Below the pieces are notes generated by a model. It saw only the letters and a program-made list of their open reading frames with translations, was not told where the DNA came from and did not search any database. A program made the translations under genes and the position numbers. Below, one piece after another: positions 17,667 to 27,318 of a DNA stretch of 64,000 nt. The DNA comes from an uncultured Candidatus Saccharibacteria bacterium (GTDB lineage Bacteria; Patescibacteriota; Minisyncoccia; Phycocordibacterales; UBA2100), in contig CAYIDD010000002.1 in assembly GCA_964362175.1 (NCBI GenBank), forward strand, positions 45,939-109,938. The letters run 5' to 3'. Numbering within the stretch: the stretch's first letter is position 1; each line of letters opens with the position of its first letter.

Positions 17667-18269
17667 TCACCGCCTGTTTTCCAGAGCACTTTTCAGAGTA
17701 TCCGAATCGGCATATTCAAGCTCGCTGCCAGTCGAAAGACCGCGGCCAAGGGTCGTAATACGCCATGGGGCGTCGCCCCGTTGTTTTTCAAGTTCCTCAC
17801 GCATATGAACTGCGGTGACATCGCCTTCCGGATTCGCGGGAAAGGCGAGAATTATCTCCTTCAGATTTTTTCGTCCGGAAATTGACTTACGTAAGGATGA
17901 AACACGGAGACCGTTGGTCTTTTCCGATGCAAGCGAGATCGTGCCACCGAGGACGAAGTAGTGCCCGCGGAATGTCCCGCTTCGCTCAAGTGCCGCGAGA
18001 TCGGCATCGGACGCAACGACGGCAAGGAGTGACGTGTCGCGCTGGAGATTCGAGCACATGCCGCACGTCTTTTTTTCGCCCGCGTGAAAGCGCATGCAGG
18101 AGGGGCACTGGTATACAGAATCGGACAAACCCTCAAGTGCATCAATAAGCTCCCGTCGCAGGGAGGGTGTGCTGCGGAGCAAGAACTGCACGAAGCGTTG
18201 TGCCTGGCGCGGCCCGATGCTCGGGAATTTTACGAACAAAGAGACGAGCCGCTCAAGGGAGTCGCTCAT
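17667..18269 (-). CDS. recR: Recombination protein RecR
   Basis: N-terminus MSDSLERLVSLFVKFPSIGPRQAQR, a C4 zinc finger (CPSC...CGMC) and a Toprim domain. ATG at 18269, 5 nt after the dnaB stop. Confidence 0.9.
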   Translation of the reverse strand: MSDSLERLVSLFVKFPSIGPRQAQRFVQFLLRSTPSLRRELIDALEGLSDSVYQCPSCMRFHAGEKKTCGMCSNLQRDTSLLAVVASDADLAALERSGTFRGHYFVLGGTISLASEKTNGLRVSSLRKSISGRKNLKEIILAFPANPEGDVTAVHMREELEKQRGDAPWRITTLGRGLSTGSELEYADSDTLKSALENRR

Positions 18270-18273
18270 GAGA

Positions 18274-19749
18274 TTAGAATGGCGAACCACCCTCGACCTC
18301 GGTTTCTGATATGAAATCTCCAAAGTCGCTCTTTTCGACTGACCGGAACGTGGTTTTTTCCTCGTCGAAACGCAAGTCTACCTTACCTGTTGGGCCATTT
18401 CGGTGTTTTTCGATGAGAATTTCCGCGATGTTGGTCTTTTCCGCTCCGCTGTCGGCGTTCATCTTGTCGTCGCGGTGAATGAACATGACCACATCCGCAT
18501 CCTGTTCGATCGAGCCGGAGTCTCTGAGATCGGAGAGCCGGGGACGCCCGCGGCGCTGTTCAACGGCGCGCGACAACTGAGAGAGAGCGAGCACGGGCAC
18601 ATCGAGCTCGCGCGCCATTGATTTGAGCGATCGTGAGATCTCGGTTATTTGCTGGACCAGGTTATCGCCGCCGCGGGAATGCGCGGGCGTAATGAGTTGG
18701 AGGTAGTCAACGATAATAAGTTGCAGACTCTTTTCGAGCTTCAGGCGGCGCGCTATGGAGCGCATTGAGAGGATCGTGGCACCCGGCTGATCATCGATGT
18801 AGATCGGCGCTTCGGAAAGCGCGGCCATACCTTCCTGCAAGCGCTGGAAATCCTCCTCTTTTTTTATCTTGCCGGTCCGTAATTTCCATGAATCAACATT
18901 TGACTGGGCGGAGAGCATTCTGTCCGTCAACTGCTGCGAGCTCATTTCGAGAGAGAAGATGCCGACAGCGGTTCCGTGTTTGATCGCCGTTTTGCGCGCA
19001 ATGTCGAGCGCGAGCGCGGTTTTACCCATCGAAGGTCGCGCTGCCAGTATGATAAGGTCGGATTTTTGGAAACCGGAAAGGCGGCTGTCGAGCTCGGGAA
19101 ATCCGGTCGATACGCCGCGCATGGCGTTCTCGTGTTTCTGGAGATGCTCAAGACGCTCCCACGCCTCGGTGAGTTCTTCTTTGATGACGCTGAATTTACG
19201 GAGTGAGGGAGCGCTCGCGACCGAAAAGATCGCCTGTTCCGCCTCTTCGAGGATCTCCTCAACGGCGCGGTCCTCGCTGTAACCCAATTCGCTGATCTGC
19301 CAGCCAACCGACAGGAGCGAACGCAAAATAAACTTGCTCTGAACGATGTCTGCGTAGTGTTTCGCGCTTCCGGGTGAAGAAGAAGAGGCGACGAGTTCCG
19401 ATAGATACGCTGATCCGCCGACATCGGAAAGTTGTCCGAGGTCCTTGAGTCGGTTTGAAACTGTTATGAGGTCTATCGACTGACCCTTTTCGTATAAGGT
19501 CAACATCGCGTCATAGATGCTGCGATGTTGACCGGCGTAAAATGAATCCTGTCGGATGATGTCCGCAACCTCGTACATGGCCTCGTGATTTATCATGAGC
19601 GCGCCGAGAAGTGCCCGCTCTGTATCGAGGCTCTGCGGTGGCACACGCATTCCCGAGGCGGGAGCGGGGGGAAATGCCGCGTGCTGCGGAGCACCCCCCC
19701 TGCCATGGGTTTTATCCCGATTGTGATCCGAAGCCGATGCCATAAGCAC
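18274..19749 (-). CDS. dnaB: Replicative DNA helicase DnaB
   Basis: 491 aa. N-terminal PPQSLDTERALLGALM and Walker A GFQKSDLIILAARPSMGKTALAL; RecA-like C-terminal domain. Confidence 0.9.
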   Translation of the reverse strand: MLMASASDHNRDKTHGRGGAPQHAAFPPAPASGMRVPPQSLDTERALLGALMINHEAMYEVADIIRQDSFYAGQHRSIYDAMLTLYEKGQSIDLITVSNRLKDLGQLSDVGGSAYLSELVASSSSPGSAKHYADIVQSKFILRSLLSVGWQISELGYSEDRAVEEILEEAEQAIFSVASAPSLRKFSVIKEELTEAWERLEHLQKHENAMRGVSTGFPELDSRLSGFQKSDLIILAARPSMGKTALALDIARKTAIKHGTAVGIFSLEMSSQQLTDRMLSAQSNVDSWKLRTGKIKKEEDFQRLQEGMAALSEAPIYIDDQPGATILSMRSIARRLKLEKSLQLIIVDYLQLITPAHSRGGDNLVQQITEISRSLKSMARELDVPVLALSQLSRAVEQRRGRPRLSDLRDSGSIEQDADVVMFIHRDDKMNADSGAEKTNIAEILIEKHRNGPTGKVDLRFDEEKTTFRSVEKSDFGDFISETEVEGGSPF

Positions 19750-19960
19750 ATCCTATCATTCGTTCGGTTTACGAAATATGGGGCGCATCGAAAGTATCGG
19801 CGTATAACAGTGCTGATAAGGTGTTTACACAGTGGGGATATGCAACTAGAATGCCAAAGCCCCGTATGCCTTGACGCCACCCGTTAATTTTGATACAACG
19901 TAAAACACAAGAACAGAAATAGTCAAATAAGCCCGAAAAACCCTTGTATACAGCCAAATT

Positions 19961-20983
19961 ATGCTTTCTTTCTCACCGAAATCAATCGCAAAAGACCTCC
20001 TTGCAGGGCTTCCTGAGCGTTCCCGCCGAGTACTTACCGACCGTTTCGGTCTTGCCGGAAAGGGTGAACGACGTACGCTGGATGCCATCGGGCAGGAATA
20101 CGGCATCACACGAGAGCGTATCCGACAGATCGAGAACCACGGGATCTCAAGCGTGCGTGATTCTGATGCCTACGGCTCTCTCGCGCAGAATTGGGAGCAT
20201 CTCAAAGCGGCGATCGCAACGCTCGGCGGGGTCTTGGCTGAAGAGACTATTCTTCAGGAGCTTTCCAAAAACGATATGGACCGTAATCACGTTCTCTTCC
20301 TTCTCACGGTGGGGCATCATTTCAACGACAGGCGCGAGGACAGTGATTACAAAGCACGATGGCATGTCGACGAGCAGCTTGCCGAGCAGGTGGAGGCGGC
20401 TCTCGGGAATCTCTACGCTTCTCTCGAACCCAACAAACTCACTCCCGAAGAGGAATTTCTTGAGCTTTTCGCAAAATACCTGAAACAGGAAGGGGTGAAA
20501 AATCGACCGCCGGAGGTTTTGCCCCGCTGGCTCCTTATTTCGAAACGGATCGGTCGCAATCCGCTCGGTGAATGGGGGAGACAGGATTCCCCGCATGTGC
20601 GTATCAAGAACACGCGTGATTTCGCATATCTTACGCTCAAGCGCCACGGTTCTCCGATGCACTTCACGGAGGTCGCGAAAAATATCGAAAAATTGTTCGG
20701 CCGCAAGACACACCCCGCGACCACGCACAATGAGCTCATTAAAGACGGTCGTTTTGTGCTCGTCGGCCGCGGTCTCTATGCGCTCAAGGAGTGGGGGTAT
20801 CAACCCGGTGTCGTGCGCGATGTCATCAGCGGTATTCTTGATCGGGAGGGGCCCCTGACACGCGAAGAGATCATCGAGCGCGTGAAGCGTGAGCGCTACG
20901 TGAAAGATGCGACCATCGCGGTCAATCTTCAGAACGGCATGTTCACGCGACTGCCGGACGGTAGGTACGCGCTTGCGAAATAG
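19961..20983 (+). CDS. DNA-binding protein with an N-terminal sigma-70 region 4-like HTH and a C-terminal HARE-HTH (RpoE delta-like) domain
   Basis: N-terminus RVLTDRFGL...RTLDAIGQEYGITRERIRQIENHGI resembles sigma region 4. C-terminus HFTEVAKNIEKLFG...LIKDGRFVLVGRGLYALKEWGY resembles HARE-HTH. Confidence 0.55.
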   Translation: MLSFSPKSIAKDLLAGLPERSRRVLTDRFGLAGKGERRTLDAIGQEYGITRERIRQIENHGISSVRDSDAYGSLAQNWEHLKAAIATLGGVLAEETILQELSKNDMDRNHVLFLLTVGHHFNDRREDSDYKARWHVDEQLAEQVEAALGNLYASLEPNKLTPEEEFLELFAKYLKQEGVKNRPPEVLPRWLLISKRIGRNPLGEWGRQDSPHVRIKNTRDFAYLTLKRHGSPMHFTEVAKNIEKLFGRKTHPATTHNELIKDGRFVLVGRGLYALKEWGYQPGVVRDVISGILDREGPLTREEIIERVKRERYVKDATIAVNLQNGMFTRLPDGRYALAK

Positions 20984-21055
20984 AGTTCGGGTTTCATCCC
21001 TGCGGGATTGTTAATAAGCGGCTTTTTCAGTGTCGCGAGATGGTAGAATCGCCAC

Positions 21056-22483
21056 ATGGTCTTCATAGGCGACTATGAGCAACAGGGGGTGATCACCACC
21101 GGTGATGTACGGGGCATTATCTCGGGGTTTCTTCATCTTGATCTACACAAGATAATCGACGGAACGGTGGGAAACTACTGGGGCATTTCGCGCGCGCTCC
21201 AACTCAGCATTCTCTTTTGGGGATTTATGGGTATCCTGTGGATCCAGATTCCCCACCTACCACTTTTTGCGGCTCAATGGCTTCTCGGAACAGCGCCTAT
21301 TTGGATGCCTATAGTGACGCTGGTCACAACATGGAAGATCTGGCTGTGGTATTCGCGCAGCATGTATCTCTTTAAGCGGGATTCGATGCTTCTCGAGGTG
21401 AAGATGCCGCGGGACATTACGCGTTCGCCGCGGGCGATGGAAAATGCGCTCTCGAAGCTTTGGACCGACTCGGGTGAGACGACATTCCTGAACCGCGTGT
21501 GGCAAGGTCAGTGCAGACCGTATTTTTCTCTGGAAATCGCTTCGTTCGGCGGCGAGATCCATTTCTATATATGGACGTGGCGTAACTGGAGACAGGTCGT
21601 GGAGTCAATGATGTATGCATACTATCCGGAGGTCGAGCTTGTGGAGGCCGAAGATTATGCCTCGAAGTTCAAATTCGATCCGGACACGCAGGAATGTTTT
21701 CCCACCGATTGGCGCTACGAGCCGCGCAACGACGCGTATCCCATACGCACCTACGTCGAATTCGAGCTCGATAAGGACCCCAAGGAGGAGTACAAGATCG
21801 ATCCTCTCGCAGAGGTGCTTGAGCGCATGAGTGGTCTCAGGCCAGATGAACAGATGTGGATACAGATAATCATCACGATGTGCAGGGATACTCGCGCAAA
21901 AAAAGGCGGGCATTGGTGGGAAACGGAAAATCGTTACACCGCATTGATCAAAGAAGAGATCGATGTGCTTCGCAAAGAGACGACCTCTGCCGATCCGGGT
22001 GATCGATCCGCACCTGATGCATGGAAGTCAATGGCTCGCGTCCCGATGCATCGCTACACGGAATTGATCAAGGCTATGGACCGCAACATGGGCAAGCACC
22101 CCTTCAACGTCGGCATGCGCGGCGTGTATATCTCGGATGCGAAGAATTTTGCGGGGCCGGGCTATACCGGCATGCGCTGGATATGGCGCCCTGTGGGAAA
22201 TCCGCAATATATGAACCAATTGCGTCCGCGTCGCTGGGGCAACCCATTCGACTGGCCGTGGCAGGATTATAAAGACATCCGGTGGCGCCTGATGCAGCGC
22301 AGATTTTTCGATTGTTATCGCAGGCGCTCCCATTTTTATTCTCCGTGGATCATGCCGCACAATATGATGAGCACCGAGATCATCGCGACACTGTGGCATC
22401 CGCCAAGCGCCGCGATCGGCGTTCCCGGCCTTGAGCGTATTCCCGCAAAGAAGGCGGAGCCGCCATCGAATTTGCCGAAATAA
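21056..22483 (+). CDS. Hypothetical Trp-rich membrane-anchored protein (475 aa)
   Basis: Two N-terminal TM helices, then about 370 aa that are W/R/Y-rich. No Walker or other known motif. Own TAGAAT -10 box 6 nt upstream. Confidence 0.5.
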   Translation: MVFIGDYEQQGVITTGDVRGIISGFLHLDLHKIIDGTVGNYWGISRALQLSILFWGFMGILWIQIPHLPLFAAQWLLGTAPIWMPIVTLVTTWKIWLWYSRSMYLFKRDSMLLEVKMPRDITRSPRAMENALSKLWTDSGETTFLNRVWQGQCRPYFSLEIASFGGEIHFYIWTWRNWRQVVESMMYAYYPEVELVEAEDYASKFKFDPDTQECFPTDWRYEPRNDAYPIRTYVEFELDKDPKEEYKIDPLAEVLERMSGLRPDEQMWIQIIITMCRDTRAKKGGHWWETENRYTALIKEEIDVLRKETTSADPGDRSAPDAWKSMARVPMHRYTELIKAMDRNMGKHPFNVGMRGVYISDAKNFAGPGYTGMRWIWRPVGNPQYMNQLRPRRWGNPFDWPWQDYKDIRWRLMQRRFFDCYRRRSHFYSPWIMPHNMMSTEIIATLWHPPSAAIGVPGLERIPAKKAEPPSNLPK

Positions 22484-22508
22484 ATTTTTAGTGTTGTATT
22501 GGTCTGCT

Positions 22509-23543
22509 ATGCCGCATCTGAATTCGATTTTGCAAAAAGCGTTTGATAGGGGTCATGTCCTGCTCGCGCGGCTTTCAACGCATTGGAAAGAGCACACGAA
22601 CAGGAGAACCGTGGCCATCATTCTTTCTGTCGGGGTATGTGCGACATCCGCGTATCTCTTCGGCATACGCCCGCCGGACAACTTTCCCGTGAATTCGCTC
22701 GTGTCAGTTCCGGAAGGATCCTCCCTGCAGGAAGTGGCGCGGAGGCTTGAGGTCGACGGGGTCGTACGTTCCGACGCGGTCTTTCGCGTACTTATCAGCG
22801 TGATGGGGAATGCACGGAACGTGCGCGCCGGTGACTACCTCTTTAAACAGCCTCGAGATGCGTTTGGGGTCGCCTACGCGCTTTCTACGGGCGCGTTCGG
22901 TCTTGAGCCGATCAGAATACGTATTTCTGAAGGCATGATGACAAAAGAAATGGCCGCCCTGCTCGACAGACAATTTGAACGTTTCGACGCGAAGAACTTC
23001 CTCGCAGAAGCGCAGCCCCAGGAAGGATATCTCTTTCCTGACACGTATTTCTTTATGCCCAATGCGACCGAGCGAACGATCATTCAGGCAATGCGCCAAA
23101 ATTTCGACCAACACCTTTCAGAGATCGAGCTGCGCCTCGCGAGCTCAACACATTCTCTCAAAGACATCGTTATTATGGCCTCCCTCATTGAGCGTGAGGC
23201 GCGCGACCCCAAGGACCGCCGTATCATTGCTGGCGTACTGTGGAATCGGCTCGCGCGGAAGATGCCACTACAGGTGGATGTGACGTTCCTCTATACGATA
23301 GGGAAAGATACATTCCAGCTGACGACGGTAGATCTCATTTCCGATTCCCCCTACAACACCTACAAGAACAAAGGACTCCCACCGACCCCCATCGGCAGCC
23401 CCTCGCTCGATTCACTGCTCGCCGCGGCAGAACCTACGAAAAATAACTACCTGTTTTACCTTGCGGACCACAATGGCGTGACGTATTTCAGTAGAACGTA
23501 CGAGGAGCATTTGCGGAAGAAACGACTGTATCTGGGGACGTAA
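22509..23543 (+). CDS. mltG: Endolytic murein transglycosylase MltG (YceG family)
   Basis: N-terminal TM, then a YceG-like domain (DIVIMASLIEREARDPKDRRIIAGVLWNRL; LQVDVTFLY). Confidence 0.8.
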   Translation: MPHLNSILQKAFDRGHVLLARLSTHWKEHTNRRTVAIILSVGVCATSAYLFGIRPPDNFPVNSLVSVPEGSSLQEVARRLEVDGVVRSDAVFRVLISVMGNARNVRAGDYLFKQPRDAFGVAYALSTGAFGLEPIRIRISEGMMTKEMAALLDRQFERFDAKNFLAEAQPQEGYLFPDTYFFMPNATERTIIQAMRQNFDQHLSEIELRLASSTHSLKDIVIMASLIEREARDPKDRRIIAGVLWNRLARKMPLQVDVTFLYTIGKDTFQLTTVDLISDSPYNTYKNKGLPPTPIGSPSLDSLLAAAEPTKNNYLFYLADHNGVTYFSRTYEEHLRKKRLYLGT

Positions 23544-23560
23544 TAGTGTATTCTGGCGCG

Positions 23561-24616
23561 ATGACGCAAAAGGTGTTCGTAGGACTTTCGGGCGGGGTCG
23601 ATTCCGCCGTTTCGGCCGCTCTTTTGAAAGAGCGGGGGTATGACGTCGTTGGCGTATTCATCAAAATATGGCAGCCGGAATTTCTGGAATGCAACTGGAG
23701 GGAAGAGCGGCTTGACGCGATGCGCGTTGCCGCGATACTCGACATCCCGTTTCGCGAGGTGGATCTTTCCGCGGAATACAAAAAAGAGGTTGTCGACGAT
23801 ATGGTGCGGGATTATGCCCGCGGTATTACACCGAACCCCGATGTACTATGCAATCGCCACATCAAATTCGGTGCGTTCGTCGCATGGGCCACTGAAGAGG
23901 GGGCGGATCATATTGCGACCGGGCATTATGCACAGATCAGGCAACGTGAGGGCGATTTTGAGCTGTTGCGTGGACGTGATGCGGAGAAGGATCAATCATA
24001 TTTTCTTCACACCCTTGATCAAAAACAGCTGGGACGCGCGCTCTTTCCCGTCGGAGCTTTGCTGAAAAAGGACGTTCGGGAAAAAGCGCGACGGCTTGGT
24101 TTGCCTCAGGCGGAAAAACCCGACAGTCAGGGATTGTGTTTCGTGGGGGAGGTTTCAATGGCTGATTTTCTTTCGCGCTTCATACCACTCGTTCCGGGTC
24201 CCGTTCTTTTGAACGGCTCCGCAATAGGGGAGCACCAAGGGGCCGCGCTCTATACGGTGGGACAGCGGCATGGGTTTTTGACGCATCGGGCGCCGCTGCC
24301 AGGACCGTACTACATCACGCGGATCGATGTCTCCACGAATACACTCTTTGTTTCTCTCAAGCGTTCCGATGCCGCCCGCTCTTCCGTATCGCTTGAACGC
24401 ATCCACTGGATATCCCATGAGCGAACGCTCCCCCTCAAAGCCTGCGCGCAGGCGCGGTATCGTGAGCAGCCGGTCGTCACCACGCTTTCGAAAACCCCGA
24501 AAGGCATCCTCGCCACATTCGAGGAACCCCACATCATCTCTCCCGGACAATCGCTTGTTCTATATGATGCTGAGGTGTGTCTGGGGGGCGGCATCATCGC
24601 AAAGTCGCGTCTGTGA
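23561..24616 (+). CDS. mnmA: tRNA 2-thiouridylase (tRNA-specific 2-thiouridine synthase)
   Basis: PP-loop VFVGLSGGVDSAVSA, conserved catalytic Cys and a C-terminal beta-barrel region. Confidence 0.9.
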   Translation: MTQKVFVGLSGGVDSAVSAALLKERGYDVVGVFIKIWQPEFLECNWREERLDAMRVAAILDIPFREVDLSAEYKKEVVDDMVRDYARGITPNPDVLCNRHIKFGAFVAWATEEGADHIATGHYAQIRQREGDFELLRGRDAEKDQSYFLHTLDQKQLGRALFPVGALLKKDVREKARRLGLPQAEKPDSQGLCFVGEVSMADFLSRFIPLVPGPVLLNGSAIGEHQGAALYTVGQRHGFLTHRAPLPGPYYITRIDVSTNTLFVSLKRSDAARSSVSLERIHWISHERTLPLKACAQARYREQPVVTTLSKTPKGILATFEEPHIISPGQSLVLYDAEVCLGGGIIAKSRL

Positions 24617-24659
24617 ATAGCTCGACATACGGGCGTTCGCACAGGCTACAATGGAAGCG

Positions 24660-25058
24660 ATGCTATTGCGCATGATGTGGTTTACCGCGATCTCAGTGGT
24701 AATTTCTTATGGGATATATCTTTTGGTAGGGAACACGCTCTACGCACGAGCGTCGGGGGCCTACGAGCCCATTCTCGTTCGGGATGTCATCGGCCCCGGC
24801 TCGCACTATTTATCCGGCATGATCATGGTGCCGACGCCGTGCGATGAGTTGTATGTGCGGACACACGCTGTTTCGAGCACCACTTTTCTCCTTTCGTTCA
24901 AGACATGGCGGGAGCCCTCGGTTAGTTGCACGGAAGATCGGACGCCGCGACCATTTCACGCGACCTTGTTCGGGCCCGCCACGGGGGTGAACTTTGGCGC
25001 GACTCTCGATGGGGTCGGCCAGCCCATCGTGGTACTGCCTGCCGTACCCATCGAGTGA
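24660..25058 (+). CDS. Hypothetical membrane-anchored protein
   Basis: About 132 aa with an N-terminal TM helix. A TACAAT -10 box overlaps the first track ATG, so the second ATG at 24660 is taken as the start. Confidence 0.4.
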   Translation: MLLRMMWFTAISVVISYGIYLLVGNTLYARASGAYEPILVRDVIGPGSHYLSGMIMVPTPCDELYVRTHAVSSTTFLLSFKTWREPSVSCTEDRTPRPFHATLFGPATGVNFGATLDGVGQPIVVLPAVPIE

Positions 25059-25064
25059 TCTTTC

Positions 25065-25967
25065 ATGTCTCACATTTCTTCGCACGCGCAGTTACAGCCG
25101 ACACACAAGGCATCGTCTCACGGAAGAGTGCGAATGCCCGGCACGCCCAGCATACTTATTACCAAGGCGGATGGAGAGCAGGAAGCATTCGATCCCGCCA
25201 AGCTTGAGCATTCTTTGCAGCTGGCGGGCGCTTCCAGCACCATGCGCGCTCGTGTGCTCGCGCATGTCATGCGCGAATTGCGTCCCGGCATGATGACGGA
25301 AGACATCTACCGCCATGCGTTCGACATTTTACGTCGCGAGGAAGTGACGCCGGTCGCAGCCCGCTATTCCATCAAACGCGCGGTTTTTGCACTTGGCCCT
25401 TCCGGATTTCCTTTCGAGCAATTTTTGGCGGAAGTATTGCGCGCCCATGGATGGAAGGCGCAGACAGGTGTCGCGCTCATGGGACGCTGCGCTCCGCACG
25501 AAGTGGATGTGTTCGCCGAGAAGGGCGACAAGCGGATCGGTATTGAGGCGAAATTCCATAACGATGCGGGTGGCAAAACGGACATCAAGGATGCGTTGTA
25601 TGTGCACGCGCGATACGAGGATCTCAAGAAGACGCCACTCGCCTCTTCACGTGTAGACGAGGGATGGCTTGTCACGAATACACGTTTTACGCGCAACGCC
25701 ATCCGCTACGCGCAGTGTGCGGGACTCACGCTTCTCGGATGGGATTACCCCCGAACCCGAGGGCTACTCACGCTTATCGAGGAGGCGCGAGTGCATCCGC
25801 TGACCTGTCTCACAACGCTCACGGAAAATGAAAAACAGAGGCTCTTGGAACAAAAGATCGTTTTGTGTAAGCACGTCCAAACTCCGCACATTCTTCGCGA
25901 ATTCGGCGTGAAGCCTGACCACATCCCCAAAGTGTTGGAAGAGGCGAGACAGTTATGCGGTATCTGA
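25065..25967 (+). CDS. ATP-cone domain fused to an Mrr-like restriction endonuclease catalytic domain
   Basis: N-terminal ILITKADGEQEAFDPAKLEHSLQLAG (ATP-cone). Central HEVDVFAEKGDKRIGIEAKFHN (D-x(n)-E-x-K Mrr_cat core). The start may be the downstream ATG at about 25134. Confidence 0.6.
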   Translation: MSHISSHAQLQPTHKASSHGRVRMPGTPSILITKADGEQEAFDPAKLEHSLQLAGASSTMRARVLAHVMRELRPGMMTEDIYRHAFDILRREEVTPVAARYSIKRAVFALGPSGFPFEQFLAEVLRAHGWKAQTGVALMGRCAPHEVDVFAEKGDKRIGIEAKFHNDAGGKTDIKDALYVHARYEDLKKTPLASSRVDEGWLVTNTRFTRNAIRYAQCAGLTLLGWDYPRTRGLLTLIEEARVHPLTCLTTLTENEKQRLLEQKIVLCKHVQTPHILREFGVKPDHIPKVLEEARQLCGI

Positions 25968-26026
25968 TTGAGCACAATCACCTACTGGGTGATAGAATAC
26001 GCGGTATGAGAGGAGCTACTGTATTC

Positions 26027-26509
26027 ATGGATCCGACGTTCGTGATGTTCGGGAAGTTGCTTCTTGCAATGGTGCTCGGCGGGATCATTGGTACGGAGCG
26101 CGCCGTGCTCGCAAAGCAATCCGCGGGAACGCGGACCTTCGGTCTTGTATCACTCGGCGCATGCCTCTTCGTCATCACCGGAAACTACGTCGACAGCGTA
26201 TATCTAGGCGTCGTCAACTTCCAACCGATGCAGATCGCCGCAGCTGTCGTCACAGGCATCGGATTCATCGGCGCCGGACTCATCATATTTCGCAATGACG
26301 CCGTACACGGCGTCACCACCGCTGCAGGCCTTTGGATCGCCGCCGGCGTCGGAGTCGCTGTGGGATTCGGCCTGTATGCAGTTGCCGCATTCGCGACCAT
26401 ACTTTCGCTCATCATGTTCACGGGTATGTGGTACGTCGAAAATCGGTTTAAGCATTGGTTTGCAGAGCATGCGCCGGATATACGCGAGACAGGCCCCTCA
26501 AGCCCATAA
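26027..26509 (+). CDS. MgtC/SapB-family membrane protein
   Basis: LLLAMVLGGIIGTERAVLAKQSAGTRTFGLVSLGACLF matches the MgtC N-terminal signature. Start ambiguous (ATGs at 25955, 26003 and 26027). Confidence 0.65.
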   Translation: MDPTFVMFGKLLLAMVLGGIIGTERAVLAKQSAGTRTFGLVSLGACLFVITGNYVDSVYLGVVNFQPMQIAAAVVTGIGFIGAGLIIFRNDAVHGVTTAAGLWIAAGVGVAVGFGLYAVAAFATILSLIMFTGMWYVENRFKHWFAEHAPDIRETGPSSP

Positions 26510-26532
26510 AGGGGAAGTGGTATACTGCCGCG

Positions 26533-27318
26533 ATGAGTTTGTTTAAAGCCTATAATCCCAACAGAAGTGCTGATTGGAACTACGGGGGCAACAAGTGGCG
26601 CCTCTCGCGCTCAAAGATCGATCTTTACATCGAGTGTCCGCGTTGCTTTTATCTCGATAATAGGCTCGGCACCGGACGGCCGCGTGGTCCTGCATTTACC
26701 CTCAACGTCGCGGTCGATGCGCTTTTGAAAAAAGAATTCGATGTGCATCGTGCCGCTAAGGAAGCGCATCCACTGATGACAAAATACGGTGTTGATGCGG
26801 TGCCGTTTGAGCATCCAGCACTCAATACATGGCGTGAAAACTTCAAGGGGCTTGAGCACAAGCATGAGACCGGTCTTACTGTCTCGGGCGCAGTGGACGA
26901 CGTTTGGGTCGATCCAAAGGGTAATCTTATCGTTGTCGACTACAAGGCAACCTCCAAAAACGGCACCATCGAAACACTTGCGGATTCCTCGTGGGAAGAG
27001 CAGTACAAACGGCAGATGGGCGTGTATCAGTGGCTTTTGCGCAAGAATGGCTTCTCCGTATCGGATAAGGGCTACTTCGTGTACGCGAACGCAAGCTCGG
27101 ACAAAGAGGCTTTCGATGGCCAGCTCGAATTTGAAGTGACGCTTGTTCCGTGTGAAGGGAGCGCCGATTGGATAGACGACATCCTTCCAAAAATCAAGGC
27201 ATGTCTCGACGGCGACGATCTACCAGAAATCGGACGATACTGCGAATTTTGTTCGTACCGCGAAGCTGCCGGCAAAAAACTGCAGGATCTCGTGAAGAAA
27301 CAAAAGAAACCCTCATGA
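26533..27318 (+). CDS. Cas4-like PD-(D/E)XK nuclease with a 4-Cys Fe-S cluster motif
   Basis: N-terminal CPRCFY and C-terminal CEFCSY cysteine pairs. VVDYKATSK (D..K) and QMGVYQWLL (Q..Y) nuclease motifs. Confidence 0.65.
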   Translation: MSLFKAYNPNRSADWNYGGNKWRLSRSKIDLYIECPRCFYLDNRLGTGRPRGPAFTLNVAVDALLKKEFDVHRAAKEAHPLMTKYGVDAVPFEHPALNTWRENFKGLEHKHETGLTVSGAVDDVWVDPKGNLIVVDYKATSKNGTIETLADSSWEEQYKRQMGVYQWLLRKNGFSVSDKGYFVYANASSDKEAFDGQLEFEVTLVPCEGSADWIDDILPKIKACLDGDDLPEIGRYCEFCSYREAAGKKLQDLVKKQKKPS

